A stretch of 64,000 bases of DNA from Ostrea edulis (taxonomy: Eukaryota), in contig NC_079172.1 of the NCBI RefSeq assembly GCF_947568905.1, positions 4,774,001 to 4,838,000 of the forward strand, in the 5' to 3' direction. Shown here piece by piece: positions 1 to 13,200 of the stretch. Under the pieces are notes generated by a model that worked only from the letters and a program-made list of their open reading frames with translations, made no database searches and was not told the DNA's origin. A program made the position numbers and the translations under genes. How positions within the stretch are numbered: the first letter of the stretch is position 1; each line of letters starts with the position of its first letter.

Positions 1-550
1 TATATATTTTTAAAAAAAATCTTATTATTTGTTGAAATGTTTTTTCTATACATGTATATTGAATGCTTAAATTTGAAAGTTTAATGTCCACAATAATGTT
101 TAGTTTCATTTTTGAATGGTAGCTATATTTTGCAGTGGTTATCTCCCTCCCCTGATCATGGCAGGATCATGCTTTTTTAAAATTTAAATTCTCACAATGT
201 GCAGTTTTTTCCACACCTTAAAAGAGGTACAAGACCCCTAAGAAAATTGCAATAAATCATCATCTGCCAGAAATGTAAATGATATATATATAAAATTCAA
301 ATTTAAGAATTTGTCTTATTTAGTGAAAAGTTGTAATTTAATTGTAAATTCACCGGTTAGAAAAAATGTTTGTCTCTTAAGCTCATAATCTACCAATTGG
401 TAGTCCAATGCTTCAATCAACTAAGACAACAAAATAAGCATATGTAACACCATTTAAAGGGATAAGGCATCGCCAACACTTATTTATGCATTCATGACGC
501 ACTTCCTTTTGAAATATTATGACGATGTGTTATTTGTCTTTTATTTTCAG

Positions 551-584
551 AACCCCCCCCAAAACCAATTTTTAAATCACTGTG
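551..584 (+). other. Candidate small upstream exon of the KNDC1-like gene
   Basis: ttattttcag acceptor and G|gtatgt donor; reads (E)PPPKPIFKSL in one frame. Cannot be linked to the 4216 exon without further unrecognised exons. Confidence 0.3.
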
Positions 585-1053
585 GTATGTTTATCTCTTT
601 TGAATTTCCCCACAGTTAGGGAAGCTTGGGTAGTATTAGCAATGGCTCAGTGCACCGAGACATGGTTGATTGATATTGTTTTGTTGAGTGATTGTTTAAG
701 ATGTGTAATCAGCTGTTTGGTACAGACATGGCAAATCCACTTAATCAAATATTTTTCAATGTAAGACTAACTTAAGATTAATAACGAAATATTAGATTTT
801 ATAAAGTAACCAATATGTTAAACGTCTAGACTGATTCAGAACTGGACAGCATTTACTATTATCATGGTATGGGTGGCAAGTACTAAGTCTAAGTGATGTA
901 ATTTAATTAAAATATTGAAGAATTAGATTAATTTATTAAAAGATTTTTAGAGAAAGATTGTGTATGACATGGAAATGTCTTACATTAGATTGACTGGAAG
1001 TGCATCGAATGTATATACAACGTGGCTGTATATACACCCGCATTAAAAATCGA

Positions 1054-1414
1054 CTCGTCATCATTGTAGAAGTATGAACACTCTTTAGGGACCTCGTCAT
1101 CATTGTAGAAGTGTGAACACTCTTTAGGGACCTCGCCATCATTGTAGAAGTGTGAACACTCTTTAGGGACCTCGTCATCATTGTAGAAGTGTGAACACTC
1201 TTTAGGAACCTCGTCATCATTGTAGAAGTGTGAACACTCTTTAGGGACCTCACCATCATTGTAGAAGTGTGAACACTCTTTAGGGACCTCGCCATCATTG
1301 TAGAAGTGTGAACACTCTTTAGGGACCTCGCCATCATTGTAGAAGTGTGAACACTCTTTAGGGACCTCACCATCATTGTAGAAGTGTGAACACTCTACAG
1401 GGACCTCGCCATCA
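1054..1414. repeat. 39-bp minisatellite, about 9 copies
   Basis: Unit CTCGTCATCATTGTAGAAGTGTGAACACTCTTTAGGGAC; explains the repetitive minus-strand ORF 936-1376. Confidence 0.95.
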
Positions 1415-4215
1415 CTTAATATGACTTATATCTAGCTTTGATGTCGGTCTGGAAAAAAGGCAATACTGGAGCTAGAAATATTAGGAGGTAACTTAGTACT
1501 AGTGACAGAGTTCAGTGTATTTTTTTAACAGATCTGTTAAACATGTACTGAAAATATTGAGAATCTCGTGGAGATGTACATTGAATTTCAAAAGTTGGGA
1601 TGCATTTAATTAATTGTTGCACTGTCGCCAACATCACTGGTAAACTCAGCAATGCTTGTTTACATTTTAAAATCTACAGTCAGCATAATGCACATTCCAT
1701 ATTGGCATAAAGCAACACATGCACTACAGGTTTAATGGAAAGAACCTCAAATAAGGTATATCTTATAGGTTTGATAAAGACCGCATGATGATGAAAGAGT
1801 TATCTTTCTGGAAATGCTTATGTGTTGGTAAATAATGTCTCATTTGGTTAACCTATGTAACATCGCTGTAAATTGATACAAGGTTCAGTCGAGTTTTTCT
1901 TGGTTTCTTTGTGTGTGTGATGTCTGTCATATGGGTGCATCTGGTGTCACTGGGGAGATAAGTTTCGCAGTACCTTTTCTAATTCTAGAAATACAACACA
2001 ATAAACGAAGTTCAAGCCATTATAAGAGCGGGGAGGATTTTCTTAAGTAGCTCTATTCAAAACTAAATGTATCTTTCAGAGTTTTGTTTAAAGTTTGCCC
2101 ATTGTTGAGCTGGCCAACTTGAACTCTTTTTACCTTATATAAGAAAAGAATGGGTCATGTAGGTTGCTTTTCATATAGGCCCTGGCACACATCCATGCAA
2201 AACAGAAACAATTGAACTTTTTTCCCCTTAAAATAAAGTATGCATTTGACGAGAGGGTGAAAATGACGGGTGTCTTTGTTCTGAGTCGCTGGTGTGAAGA
2301 TAGGTCAATATTGATATATCTCATAAGCTGATTGTGTTCTTCAGATAATACACACAGTATGATACAAAATATGTTTTTTGTTTGAGGGTCAGGTACCTGA
2401 CTAATTTTGTACTTAAATGGACTCAGTTAGTGAAAAGTTTGTAAAGGATATGTTATTACGTTTGCCTTAGAGTTACGTAGAAAGGTAATTATTTTGTGAA
2501 TTTGTTCATATTTTGTGTTAATTTGTATTCGAAAGTTAAAGGTTCATTATGAGATTATTGGAAATCTGATTTAAAATTTTGTACATTCTCACATACAATT
2601 CCAGAAAGAACAGTGGTTTGCTGTGTGCTTGAAATGGTCCAGTTAATTTCCAATTGTATTCTTAATTTTTAGCATAGATATAAAATGGAGACATCACACT
2701 TTCAACGATTTCCTCAATAGAGTTCGTTTTTAGATGAAGAAGGCATGTAGTCATATAAAGTTTATTTTTATTTGTGTAGGAATATGAGCAAAGCTACTCT
2801 ATCTATAAACTTGTGTAAAAATTGGTTCATTAGGTTGTGATATATTCAAAATGTTGATGAAATTGGTTCATTAGGTTGTCACAGTGGTCTATTCAAAATT
2901 TTGAGAAAATTGGTTCATTAGGTTATGATGAAATTTGATACGATAGCTGTATTTACATACTTTATGATGGCATATTGTATATGTCATGCATATCATCCAT
3001 TAGATAAACTACCCGTTAGATAAAGGCGCTTCCGTTATTTGTGGGCATGTAAAAGCACAACAGAACCGTGTGACATTAAATCGTGATTTAGGCAGAGGAA
3101 AATTGATAGAAATCTTCGATAATATGATTCTATGTTTGCAGTCTTTTTAGATACTGAATGAATATAAAGTGTCTTTGATGTTCCAATATGTGCAAGTGAT
3201 TCTTGTTTATTGAATTACTCTGAAAGCCATGATTTTTTGTGATCGCTCAACTTTCATGTACCCGTTTTTATAACCACTGTAATTTGTTTCATAACATCAG
3301 TTAAGCAAAGTTATGTTTGGAACTCATTAAGTGAAACTGAGGAATGAGTGTATGTCCCCCACAAAACAGAAAAGCATGAAATACTCTGTAGTAATATGTT
3401 GACAGTGCTACCATTAGGGCAAACACAGTCGTATATACATGTGGTGAGTCCTGATTCTTTTCCCATGGGACTGGCGCCCCCCCCCCCCCCCCCCCGGACT
3501 ATGGTGATGCATGTATACATGAGGCCTATTGTGACACACTGCATTGTGCAGGAGATTTCAAGGCTAAAGAAGAAATAATCTCAGTTCAACGCATTGGGAC
3601 TTTGAAAAATCAAAAAGGATGGTTGTTAGGGTTATGAAAGGTTTTTGTTTTTTTTTCTGTCAAAAATTCATTGGCTGTATGTATAAGACTTGAAATCTTT
3701 AGAGCTTGCTACACAAGCAGCACTCGCTCTATAGAGGGTTATAATGGATGGACCAGAACATGATGGGGATAACCCAGCTGTTTGGCCTGTACAACATGGA
3801 ACTTAAGGCTGACATGGTATCGGTTTCTGTAATTTAAAAGAAAAGGAAGAAAAATTCACATTAACTTCATCTTAAATAACAGAAAAATTAGCACTAAACT
3901 CATCTTAAATAACAGGAAAATTCACACTAACCTCATTATCTTAAATAACAGAAACTTACACATTGAACAGGTATCTGCATATCCCATTAATCCTTTGGAG
4001 AATCAGTATGTTATTGACAAGCAGTTCTACACATGTAGACATGATTTGTACACAGGACATGTCCGTCATTAATCTGTGTGGAGTGTCTGGGAGGACATAA
4101 GAGTACGACTCTACGTGTGACACTAAGCTGTGCAGAAGTTCAAGAGGATCAGCTGAAGTTGAATTTCTCAATATTTCACACATGTATCTTTACAGAGTGT
4201 TATTTCTAATTACAG

Positions 4216-7200
4216 ATCCCGAACCTCTATATATACCTCCAGAGTACGACAATGTGGGCAATTGCATTAAGGTAATTCCACCGCCAGGAGTATTGTAGAA
4301 TTGTCTGTTAATTAACTGCTAATAATATTCTGTTGTTTTGGTAAGTTTATTCTTAAATTAAGTGTCGTTAACATGCAGGTTATGCTCAGATTTCCTGAAA
4401 ATTGTACAGTTCCACAAAGTTACTTTAACAGTTCATGGCAAATATTTTGCACAAAATTCTGTAGTGGTCATAAAATGGGAATTTGGCCTCTAGTGAGGGG
4501 GTCATGTTTTTGTTCTATTTTTGTGTGGACAAGATTTCATGAATAAAGCCAAAAGAAACTTGATAACTTTTCAAGTTTTCAAAATGTAAAAATTTAGGAC
4601 TTGCAAGAGAAAAGTTGGTTGAAATTGTCAGTAATTAAGCTCATCTCAACAGGGCTTTGCAGTCTACATTTCAACTTTTAAGTAAATTTTTTGGGAAGAA
4701 AAGCACTTTTTATTTTTAAGTAAACTACTCAGAAATTTAGTCATAGGAAATGTGCTTTGCATTTGTCAGTTACAGTGTAATCTTGAATTTTCTTTAACTT
4801 CAGAATAATCTGTAGATTTGGTATTGTTGCATTGTTACTTTTTAAAGGACTAATTAAGTTTAGTATTGTTGGCATTGATCACAAAGAAAAATAGAAAAGT
4901 AAACTTTCTTTGATTTTCAAGGTCTTTCCAGTGAGTAATATAACTTCAAAAATCATTTTTGTTTGCAAAACTTTAAATTACAAGCATGGGATATTGGCTG
5001 ATGTTCCACCCATGGAAATTGTGTAGTGATTTCTACGTTGATTAATACATGTGTCCATATTTGATTTTAGGAAAAATATTTTTGTAGTCTTTAAGTAACT
5101 GAACAAATATCCCATAGGAAATAATTTTACATTCAATTGAAAGTAAATTGTTTGAACGGTGTGGAATTGAAACAGTGATTAGGAGAAGAGAGAGCTAGCT
5201 TACTGAATATGTGAAGGCTGACTATGGGGAATAAATTTTGATGATCCCCGGTGGATTCTGGGGATTTTAAATATTGATTTACGGTCAAATTTTGTCGAAA
5301 ATAGATAACGTACTGATTCAGGTAGGTTGTAATGTATTTCTGTTCTTAAGGAATTTCTTATTTCAGTCATTTACGAATATTACCAGGGAATCAAAAAAAC
5401 AAACAAAAAAAAAGTCATGGCATATGTTACAAGGATATGATTTAAAAATTATTTATATATTTATGAATTGAAAATTGTTAAGGTACTGTATATGCAGCCA
5501 AAATATGATACTTTTCCCATTTTCATATGATTCATAGAAGTAAGAGAATTTAGTTATAATAATTGCTGTAAAGACTCGTACTAGTACAGGTAATTTGCAC
5601 TTATCATCTGAAAAAGTTATCATGTAAATAGTATATCTGTTGCTTGTAATGCATTTCTTAATATTTATATTTCCAATGTTTTTACCATTTATATCTTTAC
5701 AATTTGTAATGATAGCCATTTCCTCATGAATGTGCAGAATTATGAACAATGCGCTTATGAATCTTGATAAAAATAGTGCTTCAATTTTAACGGCTGGGAA
5801 TTCCAACAGAAAGGAAAGTAGAATGTAAATATAAGAAACAAACTTCATTTTTGAAAATGTATGAGGGATGAACAGAAATGACACTTGCATATGAAATCAT
5901 GCAGTTTAGACCAGCATAAATTCCCATGTTTATTGAAGGAATGTAGTTAATCTGGTTCTAAGAGACTCTCCATAGAAAATCAGGCAGAGGATTTCAAAAG
6001 ATTTTTGGACCCATAAAATCTTTAATCACTTATCCATGTATTAACATAGAAATGGGTGATAGCATTAACGTGTCATGTACATGCCCTCTATATTATAGAC
6101 AGTGTCTAATCCAGGGATTATTTTAACCCCTTGAACCCAGGGGCCAGGGCCTTCAAGTTTTGGAAAAATAGCAATATTTGATTGAAATTGGGAAATTTGT
6201 TTCATACAAATAAATAAGAAAAACAAGCAAAAAGTTAACCATTTCATATTTCAATATCAATGTGGCTTAAACAAGCTTTAATTTCCGGTCTTTGGTGAAG
6301 AAAAAACTGTCAAAAATTTTTTTGGCAAAAGAGTGGCACTGAGGTTCGATGGCCCCTCTTGGCATATTCTCATCAAAGCATCCATCATTTGGGAATTTTT
6401 AAGCATCATTTTGGGAAAAACACCTGCTTTTCAGCATTCGGAATGGGGCCGAATTTCGACCCTCTACAGGCCCTAAAAAAATCCCTGTAATCTTGTAAAC
6501 AATTTGGTACTTTGTTTACAGTCCCACTTGTTTTCCCTTGGGATGACCCTGCTATATGCTGCGGAATATAATGGAGAACCAGGCGAAGAGATCTGTCCGG
6601 AGCTCCGGGAACTGTTTGGATGTATGACCTCTGAGCACTTGGACACTCGCCCAGACTTGGAGTCCATTATAACTCACTGTGAGGAGGAACTGTGTGGTAA
6701 ATCATCTCAGGAAATCTGCTGCGGGATCGGAGACTTTGCTGCTCCATTTACACCTGCTCCAGGTATATATCATCGAACTTCAGAGTCCGAGAGTGTGAAC
6801 AGTTTTCATCATAAACCAATGATCTAAATTCTAATAAACTTCCCTTTGGTGGAGAAACACACTCCAAATATGTAGCTTACAAAGATGATTTTCAAAAGGA
6901 CTTTTCTATTATCTTGCTAATAAGAATCATTATCACCTTTTAATCTTTCCAAGTTAATTATAGAGCTCTGTATTTAGCATTCGATGATCGAGATTCAACT
7001 ATTTCTTCTTGACAGATGTAACGTCTTTAGCCAGTTACACTGATGTCACAGAGGGACTTGCCGACTACCTATCATCTCAGTCTTCCATTGTTCCCAGTGT
7101 AGTCTCGGAAAAGTTTAACGGACCACAACAACACTCCACTCCCTCTGGATCCCCCTTTGGGAGACAAATAAGAACTGAATCCAGAAATAGCCAAGAGAAG

Positions 7201-10200
7201 GAAATAGAGAATTTGGAATATACAGAGACTGAGGACATGCCAGTTCGGGGAATGTTGACGGGGATGCCCCTCCCCACTGGAAACAGGGAGAGGAAATCAA
7301 ACACAAGGGGGGCCAATAAACAAGGACTTAACTACAGTTCTAATTTAATTTCTATAAATAACTCAAATGATAAGTTGTCTGAAAATATTAACTTCACTGT
7401 AAGCGAGGTGAATGAAGTATTAAGTGATTCGAGGATCAGTGACGGTGAACCAAAGGTTACGGTAACAGCTGAAATCAAAAGCAGTGTTCCACCGGATAAA
7501 ACCAAGCCCCCACTCCCAAGGAAACCTAGCTTAAAAGAGCAGCTGACTAAATCAGATAATGATTCAGGAATGGTGGATGATGGAGAATCCACACTTGGTG
7601 AGAAGAACAGCAGTGTGGAGAATACTGGGCTGTTAGGCTCATCCACTTCCAAACCTGGCCCAGTGGAAGCCTTTTCTGTGGAGGACTCGGAACCTCGGGC
7701 GGTAACTATGATGGATTTATCCAATACATCCTCTGTGAAACGGACTGAATCCTCAGAGGGTAGTGGTTCTGAGACAAAATCTAAACGTTCAAAGAAAAAA
7801 CAGGTATTGTTCTGCAGGGTTTCGTTTCTCTCTAATATACATTTGTTATACAGGTGACTGAAGACATTTAAAATTATTTCATTATCGTACAACCAACTCA
7901 AATACTACCATATGAATTTGTCGCTTATCCAACATAAACCTATTTGCAAAAGTCCTTAGCTAGAAAGTCTTTGTTAAGCACGAGTAATACATGCTCTCTG
8001 TGTTATTGTGGCTGAAATATAAAGTTTGCCCATTGTGTAAAACTCCACTCTTCTTTGTTAGAACTTATATATAAGTTTGTATATCAATTAGATGTCCATA
8101 ATGTTACCGACTGTAGGAATGGACTAGATATTTGTATTAAAAGCTTTAACTATGAGAATCACTCTATGTGACATCAGAATAAACTTTAAAATTACATATA
8201 CTGTGAAATCATTAGAATTCGTGGTGGCTCAATTTTCGTGGAATTCGTGGGTACCCCTCACCCACGAATTTACACATCTTCAACGAATATACAGTATATA
8301 TTATATATGTATACTATATATATATATGTTATATATATATATATATATCCACGAAATTACATCCCCATGAACCTGTAAAAATTCAGCAATCCACGAAAAT
8401 TGGCCTCCACGAATTTAAATGATTCTACAGTAGTTGGCATTGTATATGATCCATATTGAGGTGTATGTGAACAACACTGCATTCATAAGTGTAGTTGGTG
8501 TATTGCAGAATCCATTTTATATTTTTGATGGAATGATGTTCAAGCATCAGTGGAATCTGAGCTGTCTTTGATTCCATTTCTTGCCCTTATTTAATTGAGC
8601 AGGGTCTTACCATTAATGAAGTACTGGATTCAGTGAACAGAGAGTTGACAGAAGAGGAACTGTGGGCTCTCTGTAGAGAGGGAACCGTAGCCTTGCAGAG
8701 GAAAAAGAAGCACTTACGTAAGTTAGAGTAAACATAGCACTGCAGAGAAAAAAGAAGCACTTACGTAAGTTAGAGTAAACATAGCACTGCAGAGAAAAAA
8801 GAAGCACTTACGTAAGTTAGAGTAAACATAGCACTGCAGAGGAAAAAGAAGCACTTACGTAAGTTAGAGTAAACATAACACTGCAGAGGAAAAAGAAGCA
8901 TTTACGTAAGTTAGAGTAAACTCTCTGTAGAGAGGGAACTAGTTCTGCAAAGGAAAAAGAAATATTTACGTAAGTTAGATTAAACGCTCTTTAGAGAGGG
9001 AACCGTAGCCCTCAGAGGGAAAAGAAGCACTTACGTAAGTTAGAGTAAACATAGCACTGCAGAGAAAAAAGAAGCACTTATGTAAGTTAGAGTAAACATA
9101 GCACTGCAGAGAAAAAAGAAGCACTTACGTAAGTTAGAGTAAACATAGCACTGCAGAGAAAAAAGAAGCACTTACGTAAGTTAGAGTAAACATAGCACTG
9201 CAGAGGAAAAAGAAGCACTTACGTAAGTTAGAGTAAACATAACACTGCAGAGGAAAAAGAAGCATTTACGTAAGTTAGAGTAAACTCTCTGTAGAGAGGG
9301 AACTAGTTCTGCAAAGGAAAAAGAAATATTTACGTAAGTTAGATTAAACGCTCTTTAGAGAGGGAACCGTAGCCCTCAGAGGGAAAAGAAGCACTTACGT
9401 AAGTTAGAGTAAACATAGCACTGCAGAGAAAAAAGAAGCACTTATGTAAGTTAGAGTAAACATAGCACTGCAGAGAAAAAAGAAGCACTTACGTAAGTTA
9501 GAGTAAACATAGCACTGCAGAGAAAAAAGAAGCACTTACGTAAGTTAGAGTAAACATAGCACTGCAGAGAAAAAAGAAGCACTTACGTAAGTTAGAGTAA
9601 ACATAGCACTGCAGAGAAAAAAGAAGCACTTACGTAAGTTAAGAGTAAACTCTCTGTAAAGTGATGCTGATGTCTGTGTGTGTGGTAGATGTAGATTGAA
9701 TGAGTTGATGTTATATGTATTACAGAACACATACATTTGAAATTTGATTATTAACAGGTGAACATTAATCATTGAAAGCTTCTTATTTTGCTTTCTAGTA
9801 AATTAAACTGAAATGGATTGTACTTTTTAATGTGTGATATTTTCTATTCTTTTAGCTGCATACATCTCACCTGACACATTAGTTCTTAGAGAGAATGGTA
9901 ACTTATCTTTCAAAGCCATTCCTGAGGATAAACCGTTGGAGGTCATCTTTATGGCACCAGAACTACAGCAAAAGGGAAAACTCTCAGACAAGGTAGGAAG
10001 AATGAGTCTGTCCAGTTAAAGGACGCTTAATGAGAGGGTAGGAATTATCAAAGGTGAAGATAAACAATTTATTTGACAGAGAATCCTGACAGATGTGTAG
10101 TATACACTATAAACATCTAAATATACTGGAATTTATTATCGAGTAATTTTCAAGAGAAGCATCACGTGTAAAATAAAATTATTTGCTGTTTTTGTTTGTA

Positions 10201-13200
10201 TTGCTGAAACACATTGATCAACAGACCACTCTCAAATTCAGGTTAAATTTCATGATTTGATGTGGAACAGTCACTTTGCGATAATAAGTACTCGTGTAGA
10301 ATAGGGAATTTACAGTATGTTACAGGTATTAACATTTATTAGCTTTCTATTTCACAGACATGTTTGTATGGTCTTGGGGTAACTCTTCGGTGTGCCGGAG
10401 GTAAAAAGTACTCACCCATATCAGCAATGTCTGTGTCAGAGGAGTTCCAATCACTTCTGGAAGACTTTGTGAAATCCGATCCAGCCAAAAGACCTACACT
10501 GGAGGCTGCACGACATGTAAGAAACATTTTGGAATTAATTTTATTGCAGAGAGATGTTGAAGCTTCTGAATAACTTATGTATCATGAAAATGTCTTGATG
10601 CAAGATTTTCTGTTTCAGAGGTGTGATGAAAACGAAAGAATCGATGGCCTTTCATCCAATGTTATCTGCAAAAATCTCTTCCAAGAATCCTTCACAAAAA
10701 TGGTACATGCATATCTTTTGACTTTGCTAACACTGTAGAAAATTTCTGTATACGAGTGTATGAGTTGAATGCTGTAGAACGTGCTTTTACTGTTTTAGAT
10801 GAGTATGATCATGTGGTATATGTATGTTAATCGTCTGGTTGATCAGGTGAGGGAAGTGAACCTACTTTCACAGAATGTACACAGATCAACATGGATTGTT
10901 TTCACTTTGATCTTGATCACAAAACTAAATTTTGTTCATTTAACATTCAATGGAAAGAAGTCCAAAGAAGTGTCACGAAGTGAACCCCAGCATTGCACAA
11001 TGTTGCTATTTAAACAATTTAAATCACATTTATTCACACATAATGTTAAAATGCACAGTGAATGAGTAATTTTACAATGGATGACACAGACTAACAAATT
11101 GTATTTTGTATATCTTCACAAAATATCTTCACAATTTTTTTGTGACAAGATCATTTCATTTACTAGCATATTTTGCCTTCAGGAAGGATATTGATATTGC
11201 TAATATTTTAATTTGTGGAGCATATTTTGCCTTCAAGAAGGATATCTGTATTGCTAATATCATATTTTTCAGATGAATTTTGCCAATAATGAAAACAGGG
11301 CACTAGATGCTGCAGAAGAATCAGTTCCCGAAAAACAGATAGAAAAGATTAAACCTAAACCTAAACCCCCACCCAAGCCACCTAGTCCCATGTTATCGGC
11401 CTTTCGTCCAATCAAAGGACTCGTTGCAAAACCTCAGATCGGATCATCATCATCTGTGTTTGCTCCAGTGGCAGTGAAACCCGGAAATAAAGGTGAAGGA
11501 CAGATGCCCTCAGCCTTTACGTCCTCGGCCACTCATTTTAAGCCTATTGTTCTCCATAAGCCTGGATCAACACCGCCACCGGAGGACGAAAAGAAGCCAC
11601 AGGGGACAAAAGAGCAAAGTGGCGACAATGACAAGGAGGTTGTTAGGAAGCTAAAGGAGCTGAAGAAGAACCTGATGAAACACAGGCAACCAGTGAAAGA
11701 CGCTGAAGATGAGAAGAATAATCAGAAGGAACAACAGACCTCATCTGTAGTGAAGCCTTCTGGTGACAAGAAGGAACTGTCTGAGGAGAATAAAGTAAAA
11801 AGTGGCAATGTAGGCTCACTGGACAATCTTCTCTCTGAACTTCAGAAACAAGGAAATGCGCCTGATACAGATTCATTAGCTGCAGCAATTGCACAACATT
11901 TAAGTAAAAACCTCCAGGGAGCACAGCAATCAAACTCTAAAGGGAAGGATGTTCCTCAAGGACCTCTGCTAGGCAGCCAAGTACCCATGTCAACATCATC
12001 AGCTCCTCACATGAATCAAATGTTTAACATGCAATTAAATCAACAGATGTCAAACTTTCCTCCTCAATATCAGCAGCAGTTGATGGGTCAGACTATGACT
12101 TTGCCTTCTGTGAGTCAGTTTGGAGGTGCAATGATGCCGGGTTATCCTATGCAAGTCCAGCTTCAGCAGGATCCAAGAACTGGTTTGTTCCAGATAGTTC
12201 CTGTTGGTGTGGTGACTGTTAGCTCAGCTCCAGGTAGTCAAGCCAATTCGGATGAATTCATCAATATGGAGGATGCTACTCGAATGAGTGATCCTGGGAG
12301 AAGCCCGAAACCCAGAGCTAAACATGTGAGTAGTGATACATCTAGAAATAGCCCTAATACCAGTACTTTGCCAAAACATAAGCAAGGCAGACATGGAAGA
12401 ACTGCCAAGGATTTAGTGCAGAAGACGGCAAACATTAGGTCTAAGAACCTCCAACAACAAAACCTGCCGAGCAACTCTAGTCTTTCAGGTCAAAAGGATT
12501 ATGATTCGAAACGCTGGTCTTCCAACCAAGATTCAGACAAACTTTCTAGTCAGAATAAGGCATTTAACGGGGAGAGTGGGCATTCTTCTGGTCAATATAA
12601 CTCTCTACCCAGACAGCAAAGTGTTCCTCATAATATAAATTCAGGTGAATATCATTTGCTTCCCCAGTCTCAGAGGATTCGGTCCAATACATCCTCCCCT
12701 TCTCCTTCCAAAGACAGTGGCGTTAGTGGAGTGAACGGCGTGTACAAGCCGCCCGACCCTGGGAGTCTGATGGATCGTCTGCTCAACAGCAACACCAGTC
12801 TCACACAACAACAAAAGATGGGTCGCCTGGTTCATCTTCTGAGGGAGGAGTTTGCATTCGATGGTTATATGGAGAACGGAGTAGAAGATATCAACATGGG
12901 TTAGTTTTCTTGTTAATATGATAGAAACAGAATCACTGCCAATTATGCATCGTCGCAAGCCACGTCTATTGTATCCGTCAGGTAGGGTAGGTAGTACCGG
13001 ACTCAGTAACCATGGCTAGCGATGATGCCAATTATGATGTGTGTTCATATTGCTTTTGATAATGCATGTATTCCAGTACACTGTTAATTAAACAGAAACC
13101 AGAGGCCAGTAACTAGTCTTGAATATTCATTTTTTACAGCTGAGTATGTGATGTCGCTCGGAGGATTAAAGTGGGAGACATTTTCTAGTGCTGTTACTGA

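Noticed and set aside
936-1376. 146-aa repetitive ORF
   Set aside because: Translation of a 39-bp (13-codon) minisatellite; no splice or domain support.
3956-4183. 75-aa minus-strand ORF next to the first KNDC1 exon
   Set aside because: No recognisable motif or partner exons on either strand.
5453-5890. 145-aa minus-strand ORF
   Set aside because: Composition (I/F/K/N-rich) is typical of chance ORFs in AT-rich intron.
7077-7901. Antisense ORFs overlapping large KNDC1 exons (also 11643-12958 and 55240-55948)
   Set aside because: Shadows of the sense coding frames.
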